In this document: in pieces, positions 10,501 to 18,795 of the stretch
Numbering within the stretch: the first letter of the stretch is position 1
How the letters are laid out: each line of letters opens with the position of its first letter
Source of the DNA: Gemmatimonadota bacterium
GTDB lineage: Bacteria; Gemmatimonadota; Gemmatimonadetes; Gemmatimonadales; GWC2-71-9
Direction of reading: 5' to 3'
Length of the DNA: 36,584 nt
NCBI GenBank assembly: GCA_003221075.1
Contig: QHUF01000281.1
Coordinates: 1-36,584, forward strand
Notes under the pieces: model-generated
Told to the model about the DNA's origin: nothing
The model's input: the letters and a program-made list of their open reading frames with translations, nothing else
Database searches by the model: none
Position numbers and translations under genes: made by a program

Positions 10501-10593
10501 CCGCAGGGCCATCCAAATCCCGGCGGCGCTGAGCAGGGCAACCACCAGATAGACGAGCCGCTGTTGGCGGCTCAGGATGTCGAAGAGCTTCAC
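7537..10593 (-). CDS. RND efflux transporter, inner-membrane permease subunit (AcrB/HAE-like)
   Basis: The 1018-aa ORF has a 12-TM architecture with two large loops. The TM4 motif AIAIGLVIDDAVVITENI is present. The GTG start forms a GTGA overlap with the adaptor gene stop. Confidence 0.93.
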   Translation of the reverse strand: MKLFDILSRQQRLVYLVVALLSAAGIWMALRLPSAIYPELRFSRITIVAQGSTLGARQVVFSITRPLEEAVSIVPGVTRVRSHSIRGASEISITFAPGTNMDQALQLVRARVNQVQSALPPNLSIEVEQLTPSLFPIVSYNVEGGEPATLYDLARYEIKPLISRVPGVGRVDVQGSDVRELEVIADPGRLGSQGMTYADLADAIRRAITVQAVGRVAQDYRQYLIVTDQEAHAPDDIGAVVIRGGLRVRDVASVQLGTEDHVRIIAGDGKPAALINVTRQVGGNTLALADSVARIMATVAPSLPPGVHLKPVYDQAELVREAVRSVRDAMLIGATLAVIVLLVFLRHGRITAISAASIPLTLAIAVFIMSMIGQTFNLMTLGAMAIAIGLVIDDAVVITENIARHLRLTTDRLQAIRAAVQELIWPVTTSTLTTVVVFLPLGLLQGVVGQFFAALATTLTVAVLVSLVLALTIIPLLAEQFVTAHEVESTTTGPLARAQRALDALGSRYERALAAVLHHARRIGALALGFVVAGIILMRLVGTGFLPEMDEGAFVLDYWTPGGTALAETNRQVGIVEQILAATPEISGTSRRTGAELGLFATAQNTGDLVARLKPSNERSRDIFGVMDGVRDEVNAAVPRLRIEFVQILSDVVNDLAGNPKPVEIKLFGERLDTLEAYAQRLAPDLEGVTGLEDLYNGVAEPSPELMMRVNQAEADRIGMTPEDVGSTVSAALLGTEAGEIRAEDRPVGVRVRAPDSVRYNPLRLRALPVVATGTGRVTPLGSLATFTPTQSRISLERENQQQMIALTADVSGRSLGGVMIDVRRVLRAHPAPAGVRVVIGGQYESQQEAFRALLLVLALAAVSVCAVMVVQFESFVEPLIVLLVAPVSFVGSLALLLFTGTALNVASFMGLILLVGLIVKNGIILLDFTRLRMRDEGVPLEVAIREAARVRLRPILMTTLCTLFGLLPLALGIGAGSELQRPLALAVIGGLVLSTPITLFAVPTLLVAIRGGDYRLR

Positions 10594-11663
10594 CGCCGCG
10601 CGCCGCCGATTCTGGCACTGTCCTGTACACCGTAGGCGCCCGTCGTCACGACGGTCTCGCCGGCAGCGACGCCGGACAGGATTTCGGCAAGCGATTCCGT
10701 GCGGCCACCGACCGTGACCGCTCGCGCGTGCGCGATGCCGGCGGAGTCGACGACGAAGACCCGGTAGCCATCCCCTTCCGGGACCAGCGCGTCGACGGGA
10801 ATCACGACCGCGCGGGGATTCTCGCCCGTGACGATGCGGCCGACCACGGATTCGCCGATTCGCAACGCCCGCGCCGGCACCGTCAGCCGGGCCCGCACCG
10901 CGACCGCGCGTGACGCCGAGTCGACCGCGACCCCGATGCTCGTCACGATACCCGGCCCGAGCGCTTCGCTTCCCCCGCCTCCGCGTGCCGTCCCTTCACC
11001 ACTGGTGACGGTGGCCGTGTCTCCACTGTGGATGCGGCTCGCTTCGGCCGGCGACACGTTGAAGACGATGTCCAGCGCCATCGGGTCGGCGACCTCGACC
11101 AGCGTCTGGTTCGCATCGACGGACGCACCCAACACGGCGCTCATACGTGTGACGACGCCTCTCAAGGGAGCGCGCAGCGTGGACAATTCCTGCGCCCGCC
11201 GTGCCGTGACTGCGGCCGACTGGGCCGCAGCGAGGTCGGCAGCCGCTTGGCCGCTGTCCTTCTGCGCCAACACTCCCGCCTGGACGAGCCGTACCGCGCG
11301 CGCGTAGGCGCGCTCGGCGTTTGCCAATGCGGCGGCGGCGCTCTGCGCCGCCGCGTCGAAGGGCGCGTGCTCGAATTCGATCAACGCCTCGCCCGCGGCG
11401 ACGGGCTGCCCCGCGACCACGAAGATCCGCGCCACGCGCGTCTGCCCCGGTGGGGCGAGCGCGGCAAAGCGGTCCGGCCGCGGCGTCACCGTCCCGATCG
11501 CGCTGACCACGTGCGGAAACGGGCGGGTCGTTGCGACACTGGTGGAGACGCCGAGCACTCCGGGTTCGTGGGACACATCCTGCGCGCTTCCATCTCCCGA
11601 ATTGCCGCCCCCCCTGCACGCCGCGCCTGCCATTACGAGGGAGAGCCACGCCGCCCGTTTCAT
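10590..11663 (-). CDS. RND efflux periplasmic adaptor (membrane fusion protein, HlyD family)
   Basis: I chose the start at ATG 11663 (MKRAAWLSLVMAGAAC, a lipoprotein-like signal), which forms an ATGA overlap with the TolC-like gene stop. The product has an alanine-rich coiled-coil hairpin region and beta-barrel blocks (GESVVGRIVTG, AVVIPVDALV). The ORF-track start at 11690 is probably too early. Confidence 0.85.
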   Translation of the reverse strand: MKRAAWLSLVMAGAACRGGGNSGDGSAQDVSHEPGVLGVSTSVATTRPFPHVVSAIGTVTPRPDRFAALAPPGQTRVARIFVVAGQPVAAGEALIEFEHAPFDAAAQSAAAALANAERAYARAVRLVQAGVLAQKDSGQAAADLAAAQSAAVTARRAQELSTLRAPLRGVVTRMSAVLGASVDANQTLVEVADPMALDIVFNVSPAEASRIHSGDTATVTSGEGTARGGGGSEALGPGIVTSIGVAVDSASRAVAVRARLTVPARALRIGESVVGRIVTGENPRAVVIPVDALVPEGDGYRVFVVDSAGIAHARAVTVGGRTESLAEILSGVAAGETVVTTGAYGVQDSARIGGARR

Positions 11664-12859
11664 CGCTCCTCCGGAGGGGTTGTGAGCCACCGCAATGCTC
11701 TGAGCGCCGCGTCCGCCGCCGCCAGGTCCTCGATGTAGCGCGCGAGGATTTCGCGAGCGTTGCGCTCGGCTTCCAGAACGTTCGCCAGCGCGACGGCGCC
11801 CTCTCCGTAGGCCTGCAGCGACATGCTTGCGATGCGATCGGCGCTGGCCACAAGTGCCGCGGAACGGCGCACCCGCGCCCGGGCAGCCACCAGCTCGCGA
11901 CGGGCGCGCGCCACGGCGGCGTCGGTCTCTCGGCGAGTCAGATCGAGCTCGGCACGTGCACGATCGCGCTCGGCGATCGCGCGCGTGACCTCGCCGCCGC
12001 TGCGATTGAAGAGCGGAAAGGGAAGCGAGAATCCGATGACGGGGAGCAGTTGATTGGGCCTCGCGCTCCCAGGGTCGCCCTTGTCCACCCCAAACTCGAT
12101 GCTTGGCGCGAACCGACTTGCGCGCGTAAACGTGAGCGTGCGCTCGGCCGAGCGAAGCCGCGCCGCGGCGGCCACGACCGGCAGATAGCCGCCTGCCGCG
12201 ACGTTCGTGTTTAAGCTGTCAGCTGGAGACGCCAGGGAATCGACGAGCGCGATGGTCGGGTCGTCGCCTGTCAGTCCCATTTGCAGCTGCAATGACAGCA
12301 GTGAGCCGAGCGCCGCGAGAGAATCATCGATGGCGGTGTTTTCGAGCTGGCCGGCATTGACCGCGGCGAGCCGCACATCCAGCTCGCTCACGTCGCCGAC
12401 GTCGCGCCGAAGCCGCGCGATCTTCAGGAGACTGTCGGCGTCCTGGGCGGTGCGGCGCGACAGCCGCGCATGCATTGTGGCCGCCAGGGTCCTCGTGTAC
12501 GTCGTATCGACGTCGAAGACAAGCGCGGCCCGGTCAAACGCAAACTGATACCGCGCGGCGTCGCGTGCCGCCTCGGCCGCGCCGATGCGAGGCGCACGCA
12601 GCCACGGCAGGTCCAGCGGCAAGTCGCCGAGCGCGTGATAGTTGGGCGTGTCCTTCGTGTAGCTCCCGGAAATCGTGGGATTGGGAAACGCTCGCGCCGC
12701 GCGCACGGCGCCCAACGCGGCGGTCGTGTCAGCGCGCGCGAGCGCCACGCGCGCGCCCCGGGCCAGCGCGGCGGCGACGGCGTCGCCGCGCGTGACCTGC
12801 TGCTGAGCGACCAATACGAACGGGAACAGCACCGGGGTCAGGAGTGACACGAGGCGCAT
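11660..12859 (-). CDS. TolC-family outer-membrane efflux protein
   Basis: The 399-aa ORF has a signal peptide (MRLVSLLTPVLFPFVLVAQQQ). It shows a two-fold repeated alanine/arginine-rich helical pattern typical of OMF proteins, and it sits upstream of the adaptor and RND genes. Confidence 0.85.
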   Translation of the reverse strand: MRLVSLLTPVLFPFVLVAQQQVTRGDAVAAALARGARVALARADTTAALGAVRAARAFPNPTISGSYTKDTPNYHALGDLPLDLPWLRAPRIGAAEAARDAARYQFAFDRAALVFDVDTTYTRTLAATMHARLSRRTAQDADSLLKIARLRRDVGDVSELDVRLAAVNAGQLENTAIDDSLAALGSLLSLQLQMGLTGDDPTIALVDSLASPADSLNTNVAAGGYLPVVAAAARLRSAERTLTFTRASRFAPSIEFGVDKGDPGSARPNQLLPVIGFSLPFPLFNRSGGEVTRAIAERDRARAELDLTRRETDAAVARARRELVAARARVRRSAALVASADRIASMSLQAYGEGAVALANVLEAERNAREILARYIEDLAAADAALRALRWLTTPPEER

Positions 12860-12894
12860 GGCCCCGAAGCTAGCGATCCTACCTTACAAGAGGC

Positions 12895-14063
12895 TTACGC
12901 GGCAGGAAACGCGATCTCGACGCGGGTTCCCGTTGCGTCGGATGCAACGGTAATCCGGGCGCCATGCAGGTCGGCGATCCAGCGGGCAATGGGAAGCCCG
13001 AGTCCCGAGCCCTCGGCATGGCTGCGGGCGCTCTCGCCGCGGTAGAACCGCTCGAAGATCCGGGGCAGCTGGTCGGACGGAATGCCGATGCCGCTGTCCG
13101 AGACGATGACGGAGCGCGCGCCGTCGCGCGCGGTCACATCCAGTCGCACGCGCCCGCCCTCGGGCGTGTATTTGATGGCGTTGTCGAGGACGATCAGGAC
13201 CAGGCGCTCCACCAGTCCCGCGTCGCCGATGATTTGCGCCTCCTCGAACGACCCGACGACCAGCGCTACGCTTTTCCGCTCGGCCAACGCCCGGGCTGAT
13301 GCGACGACCTGCGAGACGATGTCGTCCAGGTACAGCGACGCGCGGACGACCTTCCGCTCCCCGGCATCGGCACGCGCGAGGGTGAGCAGGTCGCCCACGA
13401 TTCCGCCCAACCGGTCGGCCTCCCGCTCGATCGCCTGAAACGCGGCGGTGTCACTCGTGGCCTCCCGCGGCTGAGCGAGCGCGAGTTCCGTCCGAGTACG
13501 CAGAATCGTGACCGGCGTGCGGAGCTCGTGCGCGGCATCAGCCATGAAGCGACGCATCTGCTCCATCGAGCGCTCGACCGGAATCGTGGACTGCCGGGCG
13601 AGCATGAAGCCGCCGCCCGCCACGAGCAGGAGCGCCGCCAACGCCGCCGCGCCGAAGATTCCGATCAACGATGCGTACTGCTCCCGGAGATTCGGCCGAT
13701 CGGCGACCGCCACCGCGACGTACGCCTTGCCCGAGCCTCCGGTGAACGCGCGGCGTCGACGATCCAGGGGTCAGCCTGGGTTGGGGTGATCGGTCGCCCA
13801 TTCGCGTCGAAGAGGAAGAGCTCGCGGTCGGGAATGTGGAGCTCTTCCACCGCGTCGGCCGCCCCGCCCGCCGCCTGCTCGGCCTCGAGGTCGTGGGTCG
13901 CACCCTTGATCGCTTCCGTCGCCGATACGAGCGAAGCGTCGAGACGCCGGGATACCTGCGTCCCAATCGCCAGGAACAGACCGGCGCCGAGCAGCAACAG
14001 GATGAGCGCGAGCGTCGCCGCGTACCACAGCGTGAGGCGAACGCGCAGCCGGCCAAGCGTCAT
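12895..14063 (-). pseudogene. Two-component sensor histidine kinase (CusS/CzcS-like topology) with the reading frame broken by an apparent 1-nt deletion near 13748..13755
   Basis: The N-terminal frame runs from ATG 14063 (ATGA overlap with the regulator stop): MTLGRLRVRLTLWYAATLALILLLLGAGLFLAI...PWIVDAAR. It then runs into out-of-frame text. The C-terminal frame reads ...RAFTGGSGKAYVAVAVADRPNLREQYASLIGIFGAAALAALLLVAGGGFML (TM2), the H-box FMADAAHELRTPVT, the N-box LDNAIKYTP and the G-boxes DSGIGI and GSGLGL. The total span is 1169 nt, one short of a multiple of 3. Confidence 0.75.
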
Positions 14064-14737
14064 CCCGGGAGCCCCAGGCGATAGCCGGCGCCGCGCACAG
14101 TTCGAATCAACTTCGGCTCGAAGCCGTCGTCGATTTTGCTGCGCAGCCGCCGCACCAGTACTTCGAGAACGTTGGCGAACGGATCGTGGTTGTTGTCCCA
14201 CACGTGTGCGGTTATGGCCGACCGGTCGACGACCTGGTCACGGTGGCGCAACAACAACTCGAGCAGCGCGAATTCCTTCGCGGTGAGGTCGATCGATCGG
14301 CCCGCGCGGCTGACGTGGCGGGCGCCGAGGTCCACCTCCAGATCCGCGACACGCATGATGGTGGGGGTGAGTGCCAGGGCGCGCCGGCGTGCCAGTGCCT
14401 GCAGCCGCGCGACCAGCTCGCGAAACGCGAATGGCTTGGTGAGGTAATCGTCGGCACCCACCGCCAGGCCGCGGACGCGATCGTCGACGGCGTCGAGCGC
14501 TGTCAGCATCAGCACCGGCACGGCGACGTTCTGCCGCCGCAGATCGGCACAGAGCTCGAATCCGGTGCCGCCCGGCAACCGGACGTCGAGGATCACGACG
14601 TCATAGTCGCCGATCAGCGCTTGCTCGCGTCCGTCGGCAAACCCCGCGGCCAGCGTCGGGTCGATACGGTGCTCGCGTAAACCGTCCCGCAAGAGACCCG
14701 CGAGCTCGGGGTCGTCTTCTACGATCAACACTCGCAC
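14060..14737 (-). CDS. OmpR-family response regulator (receiver plus winged-helix DNA-binding domain)
   Basis: The 225-aa ORF reads VRVLIVEDDPELAGLL...DVVILDVRLPGGTGFELC...LMLTA...DYLTKPF, with a C-terminal LTAKEFALLELLL...IRTVRGAGYRL. The start is GTG. Confidence 0.92.
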   Translation of the reverse strand: MRVLIVEDDPELAGLLRDGLREHRIDPTLAAGFADGREQALIGDYDVVILDVRLPGGTGFELCADLRRQNVAVPVLMLTALDAVDDRVRGLAVGADDYLTKPFAFRELVARLQALARRRALALTPTIMRVADLEVDLGARHVSRAGRSIDLTAKEFALLELLLRHRDQVVDRSAITAHVWDNNHDPFANVLEVLVRRLRSKIDDGFEPKLIRTVRGAGYRLGLPG

Positions 14738-14753
14738 GAGCCTAAGATAGGCG

Positions 14754-14787
14754 CGCCCCCGCCCGGGGTCATCCCGGGTCGGGGGCG
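14754..14787 (-). terminator. GC-rich hairpin downstream of the M28 peptidase gene (possible intrinsic terminator; also upstream of the regulator gene)
   Basis: CGCCCCCGCCCGGG-gtcat-CCCGGGTCGGGGGCG forms 14 bp with one bulge and a 5-nt loop. On the minus strand it is followed by only a weak T-rich tract (CTATCTT). Confidence 0.4.
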
Positions 14788-14805
14788 TTCCGTGACCTGA
14801 AGCCG

Positions 14806-16293
14806 TTAGTTACCGCTGACGATGCGCTTGTAGCTGTCCGGATTCCACTTCGGCCGCTCGGCGGCGTTCGCGATGTCAACTCCGAGGTAGAAGATCAGCC
14901 GCGCGACCCGCGACTCCTTTTCGGCGTCGATCTTGTCGGGCGAATCGCTCACCTGATGGTAGTCCGCGTGCGTCCCGCTGAAGAAGAAGAGGATCGGGAC
15001 GCCCTTCCGCGCGAAGTTGTAGTGGTCGGACCGGAAGTAGAAGTTCTCATCGGGCCAGATGTCGTCGATAGGCCGCATGTTCAGCTCGGGGTGCGCGGCG
15101 CCGACGCGGTTCAGCGTCGCGCCGAGATCCGAATGCTCCTTACCGATCGCGACGATCGTGTCTTTCCAGTTGCGGCCAATCATGTCGATGTTGAGGTCGG
15201 CCACGATGCTGCTGATAGGCACAGCGGGATGGTCCGAGAAGTACTCGCTGCCCCACAGTCCCTTTTCTTCACCGCTCACATTCAGGAAGATGATCGACCG
15301 TTTGGGCCGGGGATTCATGCCGGCGAGCGCTTCAGCAATCTCCACGACCGCCACGGTTCCCGATCCATCGTCGTCGGCGCCATTGCAAATCGAGTCTGCT
15401 CCCTTTGCGCGGCAGCCACCGCTGCCACGCGGTCCCGCGACACCGACGTGATCCATGTGGGCGCTGAAAACCACGTATTCGTTCTTGAGTGTAGGATCAC
15501 TGCCCTCGAGAATGCTGACGACGTTTGGTGCGGAGTTTCGCTCGACGGCCTGAATCCGGGCGTGCAGGTGCAGTTGGGCGCCGGTCAGTGGTTTTGCCTC
15601 CAGGGTCGTCGCGTTCTGAGCCACCGAGAGATCCTGACCGAGGCGACCTAAGACAGGCTGCAACGAGACCGCCCGGACCGCCAGCACGACCGGAGGACCG
15701 ACGGACCGGCTCGGATCGCGGAGTTGGGGCCGGGTACTGCGCTCCACGTTCCGCCTCCAAACGGAATCCGGGGCCGTGCCCACGAACACGACACCCTGTG
15801 GCTTCCACGCCAACACGCGCTGGAACTCGCCACGATTTCGCGGACGGTTTGCGATAAGCATTTTGCCAGCTAGGGAGGCGCTGTCTCCCGCGAGAGTTCC
15901 CCCTAAAGGTCCCGAGAGCAGCACCAGATCCCCGGCGTAGTCACCACTGTCGAAACTGTTGTCCACGAAAACGAAGTCGGTGCCGTACGAGAAGGTGACG
16001 TCCGCGCCGCCATGGATGAAGGCAACGGAGCTTTCGGCAACGACCTGCACGCGATCAATGGAATAACGCTGGAGAAACGAACCGTTTTCGCCTCCGGGCT
16101 TGAGCCCGAGGCGGCGATACTCGCGAGCGATATACTGTGCCACCTTGTCAAGCTCGGGGCTGGGCGTGTCGCGGCCGCGCATCGAATCGTCGGCGATGAT
16201 ACCGATGCGCCGGCGGATGTCTTCGGAGGAAATCGTTTGCGCGGCGCGCTGCACGGGCGCCTGCGCTTGCAGGAGCAGTAGAAAAGCGAGCAA
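14806..16293 (-). CDS. M28-family metallo-aminopeptidase with a protease-associated (PA)-like insert
   Basis: The 495-aa ORF has zinc-ligand blocks SAHMDHVG, NGADDDGSGT, SGEEKGLWGSEYF, NIDMIG and RSDHYNFARKGVPILFF. The start is TTG at 16293, with an in-frame TGA two codons upstream. Confidence 0.85.
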   Translation of the reverse strand: MLAFLLLLQAQAPVQRAAQTISSEDIRRRIGIIADDSMRGRDTPSPELDKVAQYIAREYRRLGLKPGGENGSFLQRYSIDRVQVVAESSVAFIHGGADVTFSYGTDFVFVDNSFDSGDYAGDLVLLSGPLGGTLAGDSASLAGKMLIANRPRNRGEFQRVLAWKPQGVVFVGTAPDSVWRRNVERSTRPQLRDPSRSVGPPVVLAVRAVSLQPVLGRLGQDLSVAQNATTLEAKPLTGAQLHLHARIQAVERNSAPNVVSILEGSDPTLKNEYVVFSAHMDHVGVAGPRGSGGCRAKGADSICNGADDDGSGTVAVVEIAEALAGMNPRPKRSIIFLNVSGEEKGLWGSEYFSDHPAVPISSIVADLNIDMIGRNWKDTIVAIGKEHSDLGATLNRVGAAHPELNMRPIDDIWPDENFYFRSDHYNFARKGVPILFFFSGTHADYHQVSDSPDKIDAEKESRVARLIFYLGVDIANAAERPKWNPDSYKRIVSGN

Positions 16294-16384
16294 GGAACCT
16301 CAACACAATGAAGAGGGGAAGGAAAACTAACGCGCCCGACCGTGTGGGACTACGATCGAGCGCGTCAGGTTTCAGTCTGAACGT

Positions 16385-17794
16385 TTACGGCTTGCGACGA
16401 CGCACCTCAGGCTCGGTGCGCGGCTTCGACGCCTCACGTGGCGGCGGATCACGGCGCGGCTCGGCGTGTGGTTGTGGCTGGCTGCGCGGCTCATTCTGAG
16501 GCTCGGCTCGCCGCGGCTCGCTACGCGGTTCATTGCGCGGCTCGACGCGCCTGGGCTCGTCACGCCGCGGCTCCGACCTGGGCTCCACGACGCGGGGTTC
16601 TACGCGCCTTGGCTCGTCACGGCGTGGTTCCGACCTGGGCTCCACGACGCGGGGCTCCCCACGTCGTGGTTCGTCACGGCGCGGCTCCACTCGAGGCTGA
16701 TCAACGGGCGGCTGGACCATTGGCGGGTCTGAGGGCTGACGGCGCCCACCGTTGCCACGATCGTCATTGCCGCGGTTGCCACGATCGTCGTTGCCACGGT
16801 TGCCGTGGTTGCCCCGGTCGTTGCCGTTGTTGCCGCGGTCGTTGCCGTGGTTGCCGCGATCGTTGCCGTTATTGCCACGATCGTTGCCGCCGTTGTTGCG
16901 GTCATCGCCGGAGCGACCGCGACGATCGCGCACGTTGGGGGGCGGCACGCTGCCGAGCCCGCCGATATCCCGACCCGTGACTCCGCGACGCGTGTTGTCG
17001 TTGACCGGCCGCTCGCGCTCGCGAGAGACGAACGCTTCGCGGCTGGGACGATCGGTGCCCCAATCCTTGAAGATGAAGCGAGGCTGCGGACGGAAGGGCC
17101 GCACGAACACGACGCGGCTGCCGCCGTAATAGCGGTACGGATAGTACCAGGGATCGTCGTAGACGAACATGCGGAACCGAACGCACGAGTCGTAGTAGGG
17201 ATCCCAAGACGAATAGCTCACGTAGCTGTGGCAATCGTAGCAAAGGAAACGGGGATAGTCGTAATGCTGCCCGACGTTGTACGAGACGACATCGTAGTCC
17301 CAGTCGGTGTATCCTTCCGGGACGATGCGCTGCGAGAGGTCGGTCATCGCGACATACGGGTCGCCCCGCACGCGGCCATCGGCGATGACGCGATAATCCC
17401 AGTGGTCACCGCTCTCGATCTGGTCGTAGACGAAGGCATCTGCCGATGCGACACCGAACAGGTAGCCGACGCCGGGCTGGTCGTCGATCGTAAACGCATC
17501 GCTGCCCAGCACCCGACCATCGACCTCGAAATCCCGACCACCACGCGCGAAGTTGTCTTCCCACGGATCGCGAGGGAAAAGCACCCGGACGCGACCGTCG
17601 GTATCGACACGGAAGATCGTGACGTAAGCGTCCTGATCGAGGCGGAAGTACACCCGGACGCGCTCACCGCGGGTAAAAACGGCCGCGTCGTCCCGGTTGG
17701 TCCACACCTCGATACGCGGACGGTAGAGGCTGGCGTGCCGCGCCGAAGGGGCGGACACGACGGCCAAGCTGAGCAGAGCGATGGTTGTAAGCAT
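16385..17794 (-). CDS. Secreted DUF4384-like protein with a Tyr/Trp/Cys-rich middle segment and a long charged tandem-repeat tail
   Basis: I chose the start at ATG 17794, which is preceded by GGGAGG and gives a signal peptide (MLTTIALLSLAVVSAPSA). The block RVRVYFRLDQDAYVTIFRVDTDGRVRVLFP fits the DUF4384 pattern. The C-terminal ~170 aa are NDRGN and EPR(R/S) repeats. The ORF-track start at 17902 is probably too early. Confidence 0.7.
   Translation of the reverse strand: MLTTIALLSLAVVSAPSARHASLYRPRIEVWTNRDDAAVFTRGERVRVYFRLDQDAYVTIFRVDTDGRVRVLFPRDPWEDNFARGGRDFEVDGRVLGSDAFTIDDQPGVGYLFGVASADAFVYDQIESGDHWDYRVIADGRVRGDPYVAMTDLSQRIVPEGYTDWDYDVVSYNVGQHYDYPRFLCYDCHSYVSYSSWDPYYDSCVRFRMFVYDDPWYYPYRYYGGSRVVFVRPFRPQPRFIFKDWGTDRPSREAFVSRERERPVNDNTRRGVTGRDIGGLGSVPPPNVRDRRGRSGDDRNNGGNDRGNNGNDRGNHGNDRGNNGNDRGNHGNRGNDDRGNRGNDDRGNGGRRQPSDPPMVQPPVDQPRVEPRRDEPRRGEPRVVEPRSEPRRDEPRRVEPRVVEPRSEPRRDEPRRVEPRNEPRSEPRRAEPQNEPRSQPQPHAEPRRDPPPREASKPRTEPEVRRRKP
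16448..16897 (-). repeat. In-frame coding tandem repeats: a 21-nt unit (GN[NH]GNDR) at about 16745..16897 and EPR-rich units at 16448..16699, including a 2 x 57-nt near-identical duplication at 16535..16648
   Basis: The DNA shows gttgccgcggtcgttgccgtg / gttgccgcgatcgttgccgtt and similar units. The protein reads GNDRGNNGNDRGNHGNDRGNNGNDRGNHGNRGNDDRGNRGNDDRGNGG and then VVEPRSEPRRDEPRRVEPR twice. Confidence 0.85.
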
Positions 17795-17868
17795 GATGCC
17801 TCCCGCCCCACGTAAGGCAGAGACTATGCCAGCGGCATGATGTACGTAAATTATATTGTTATAATGAC
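17795..17868. promoter_or_regulatory. AT-rich divergent intergenic region with back-to-back -10 elements
   Basis: This is the locally lowest GC in the window. The plus strand carries an extended -10, TGTTATAAT (17857..17865). The minus strand carries TATAAT (17855..17850). The promoter function is inferred. Confidence 0.4.
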
Positions 17869-18795
17869 TTGGCAGGGTTGTCAGCCATTCCAGCTGTCCC
17901 ATTGCAAGGACATTTCTTGGCTCAGCGCCTAGACCTGCTGGATCCGGCGGAAGTTGCGCGTCTCGGCGGGATTGAGATCGTAGCCGAGGGCGTGGTCGAG
18001 GGATACCTCGCGGGGCTCCATCGGTCGCCTTTCCGCGGGTTTTCGGTGGAGTTCACCGAGCACCGCGCCTACCAGGCAGGCGACGAGCTGAAATACCTCG
18101 ACTGGCGGATCCTGGGCCGTTCCGATCGGCTGTTCGTAAAACAATTCGAAGAGGAAACGAATCTCCGCTCGATGATCCTGGTCGACGCCAGCCGGTCGAT
18201 GGCCTGGCAGGGCGCGCCGGAGCGCTTGACGAAGCGCGCCTACGCGGATCGCCTGGCTGCGGCGCTCGCGTTGATCCTGTTGCGGCAGCGCGATGCGACT
18301 GGACTCGTGACTTTCGATGACCAGGTTCGTCAAGTGATTCCCGCGCGCGTGAAAACGGGTCAATGGACTCGCATCGTGCGTGGCCTTCTCGATACGCCGG
18401 ATGGGCAGGGGACGGCGGCGGATGCGGCGCTGCAGCGCCTGACCGCTTTGCTCGCGCGCCGTGGCATGGTGGTCCTCATCTCGGATCTATTGTTCGATCG
18501 CGAGCTGGCACTCGCGGCATTGCGTTACTTGCGGCATCGCGGCCATCAGGTCGTCGTATTCCACCTGATGGACCCCGCGGAGGTAGAGCTCAGTGGTCCG
18601 CCGGAGGTGCGGTTCAAGGATCCCGAATCCGCGGTGAGCGTCGTGGTACGTCCTCGTGAGTTGGCCCGCGCGTATGCGGACACGGTGCGCCGCGAGATCG
18701 CCGCGTGGCGGAAGGCCTGCCGCCGACACGGCATTGCGTACCATCACGTGCAGACCGACATGCCGTTCGGCCTCGCGCTCCGCTTGTTGACGTGA
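17869..18795 (+). CDS. DUF58-family protein (vWA-like, usually MoxR-associated)
   Basis: The ORF reads GLHRSPFRGFSVEFTEHRAYQAGDELKYLDWRILGRSDRLFVKQFEEETNL, followed by ILVDASRSM (DxSxS). The start is uncertain: TTG at 17869 or an in-frame TTG at 17917. Confidence 0.8.
   Translation: MAGLSAIPAVPLQGHFLAQRLDLLDPAEVARLGGIEIVAEGVVEGYLAGLHRSPFRGFSVEFTEHRAYQAGDELKYLDWRILGRSDRLFVKQFEEETNLRSMILVDASRSMAWQGAPERLTKRAYADRLAAALALILLRQRDATGLVTFDDQVRQVIPARVKTGQWTRIVRGLLDTPDGQGTAADAALQRLTALLARRGMVVLISDLLFDRELALAALRYLRHRGHQVVVFHLMDPAEVELSGPPEVRFKDPESAVSVVVRPRELARAYADTVRREIAAWRKACRRHGIAYHHVQTDMPFGLALRLLT

Noticed and set aside
8741-10630. A 629-aa alternative-frame ORF inside the RND and adaptor genes, with many similar ones between 7598 and 10635.
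   Set aside because: The text is Arg/Gly/Pro/Ala-rich and low-complexity, and it spans a gene boundary. The RND frame explains the region.
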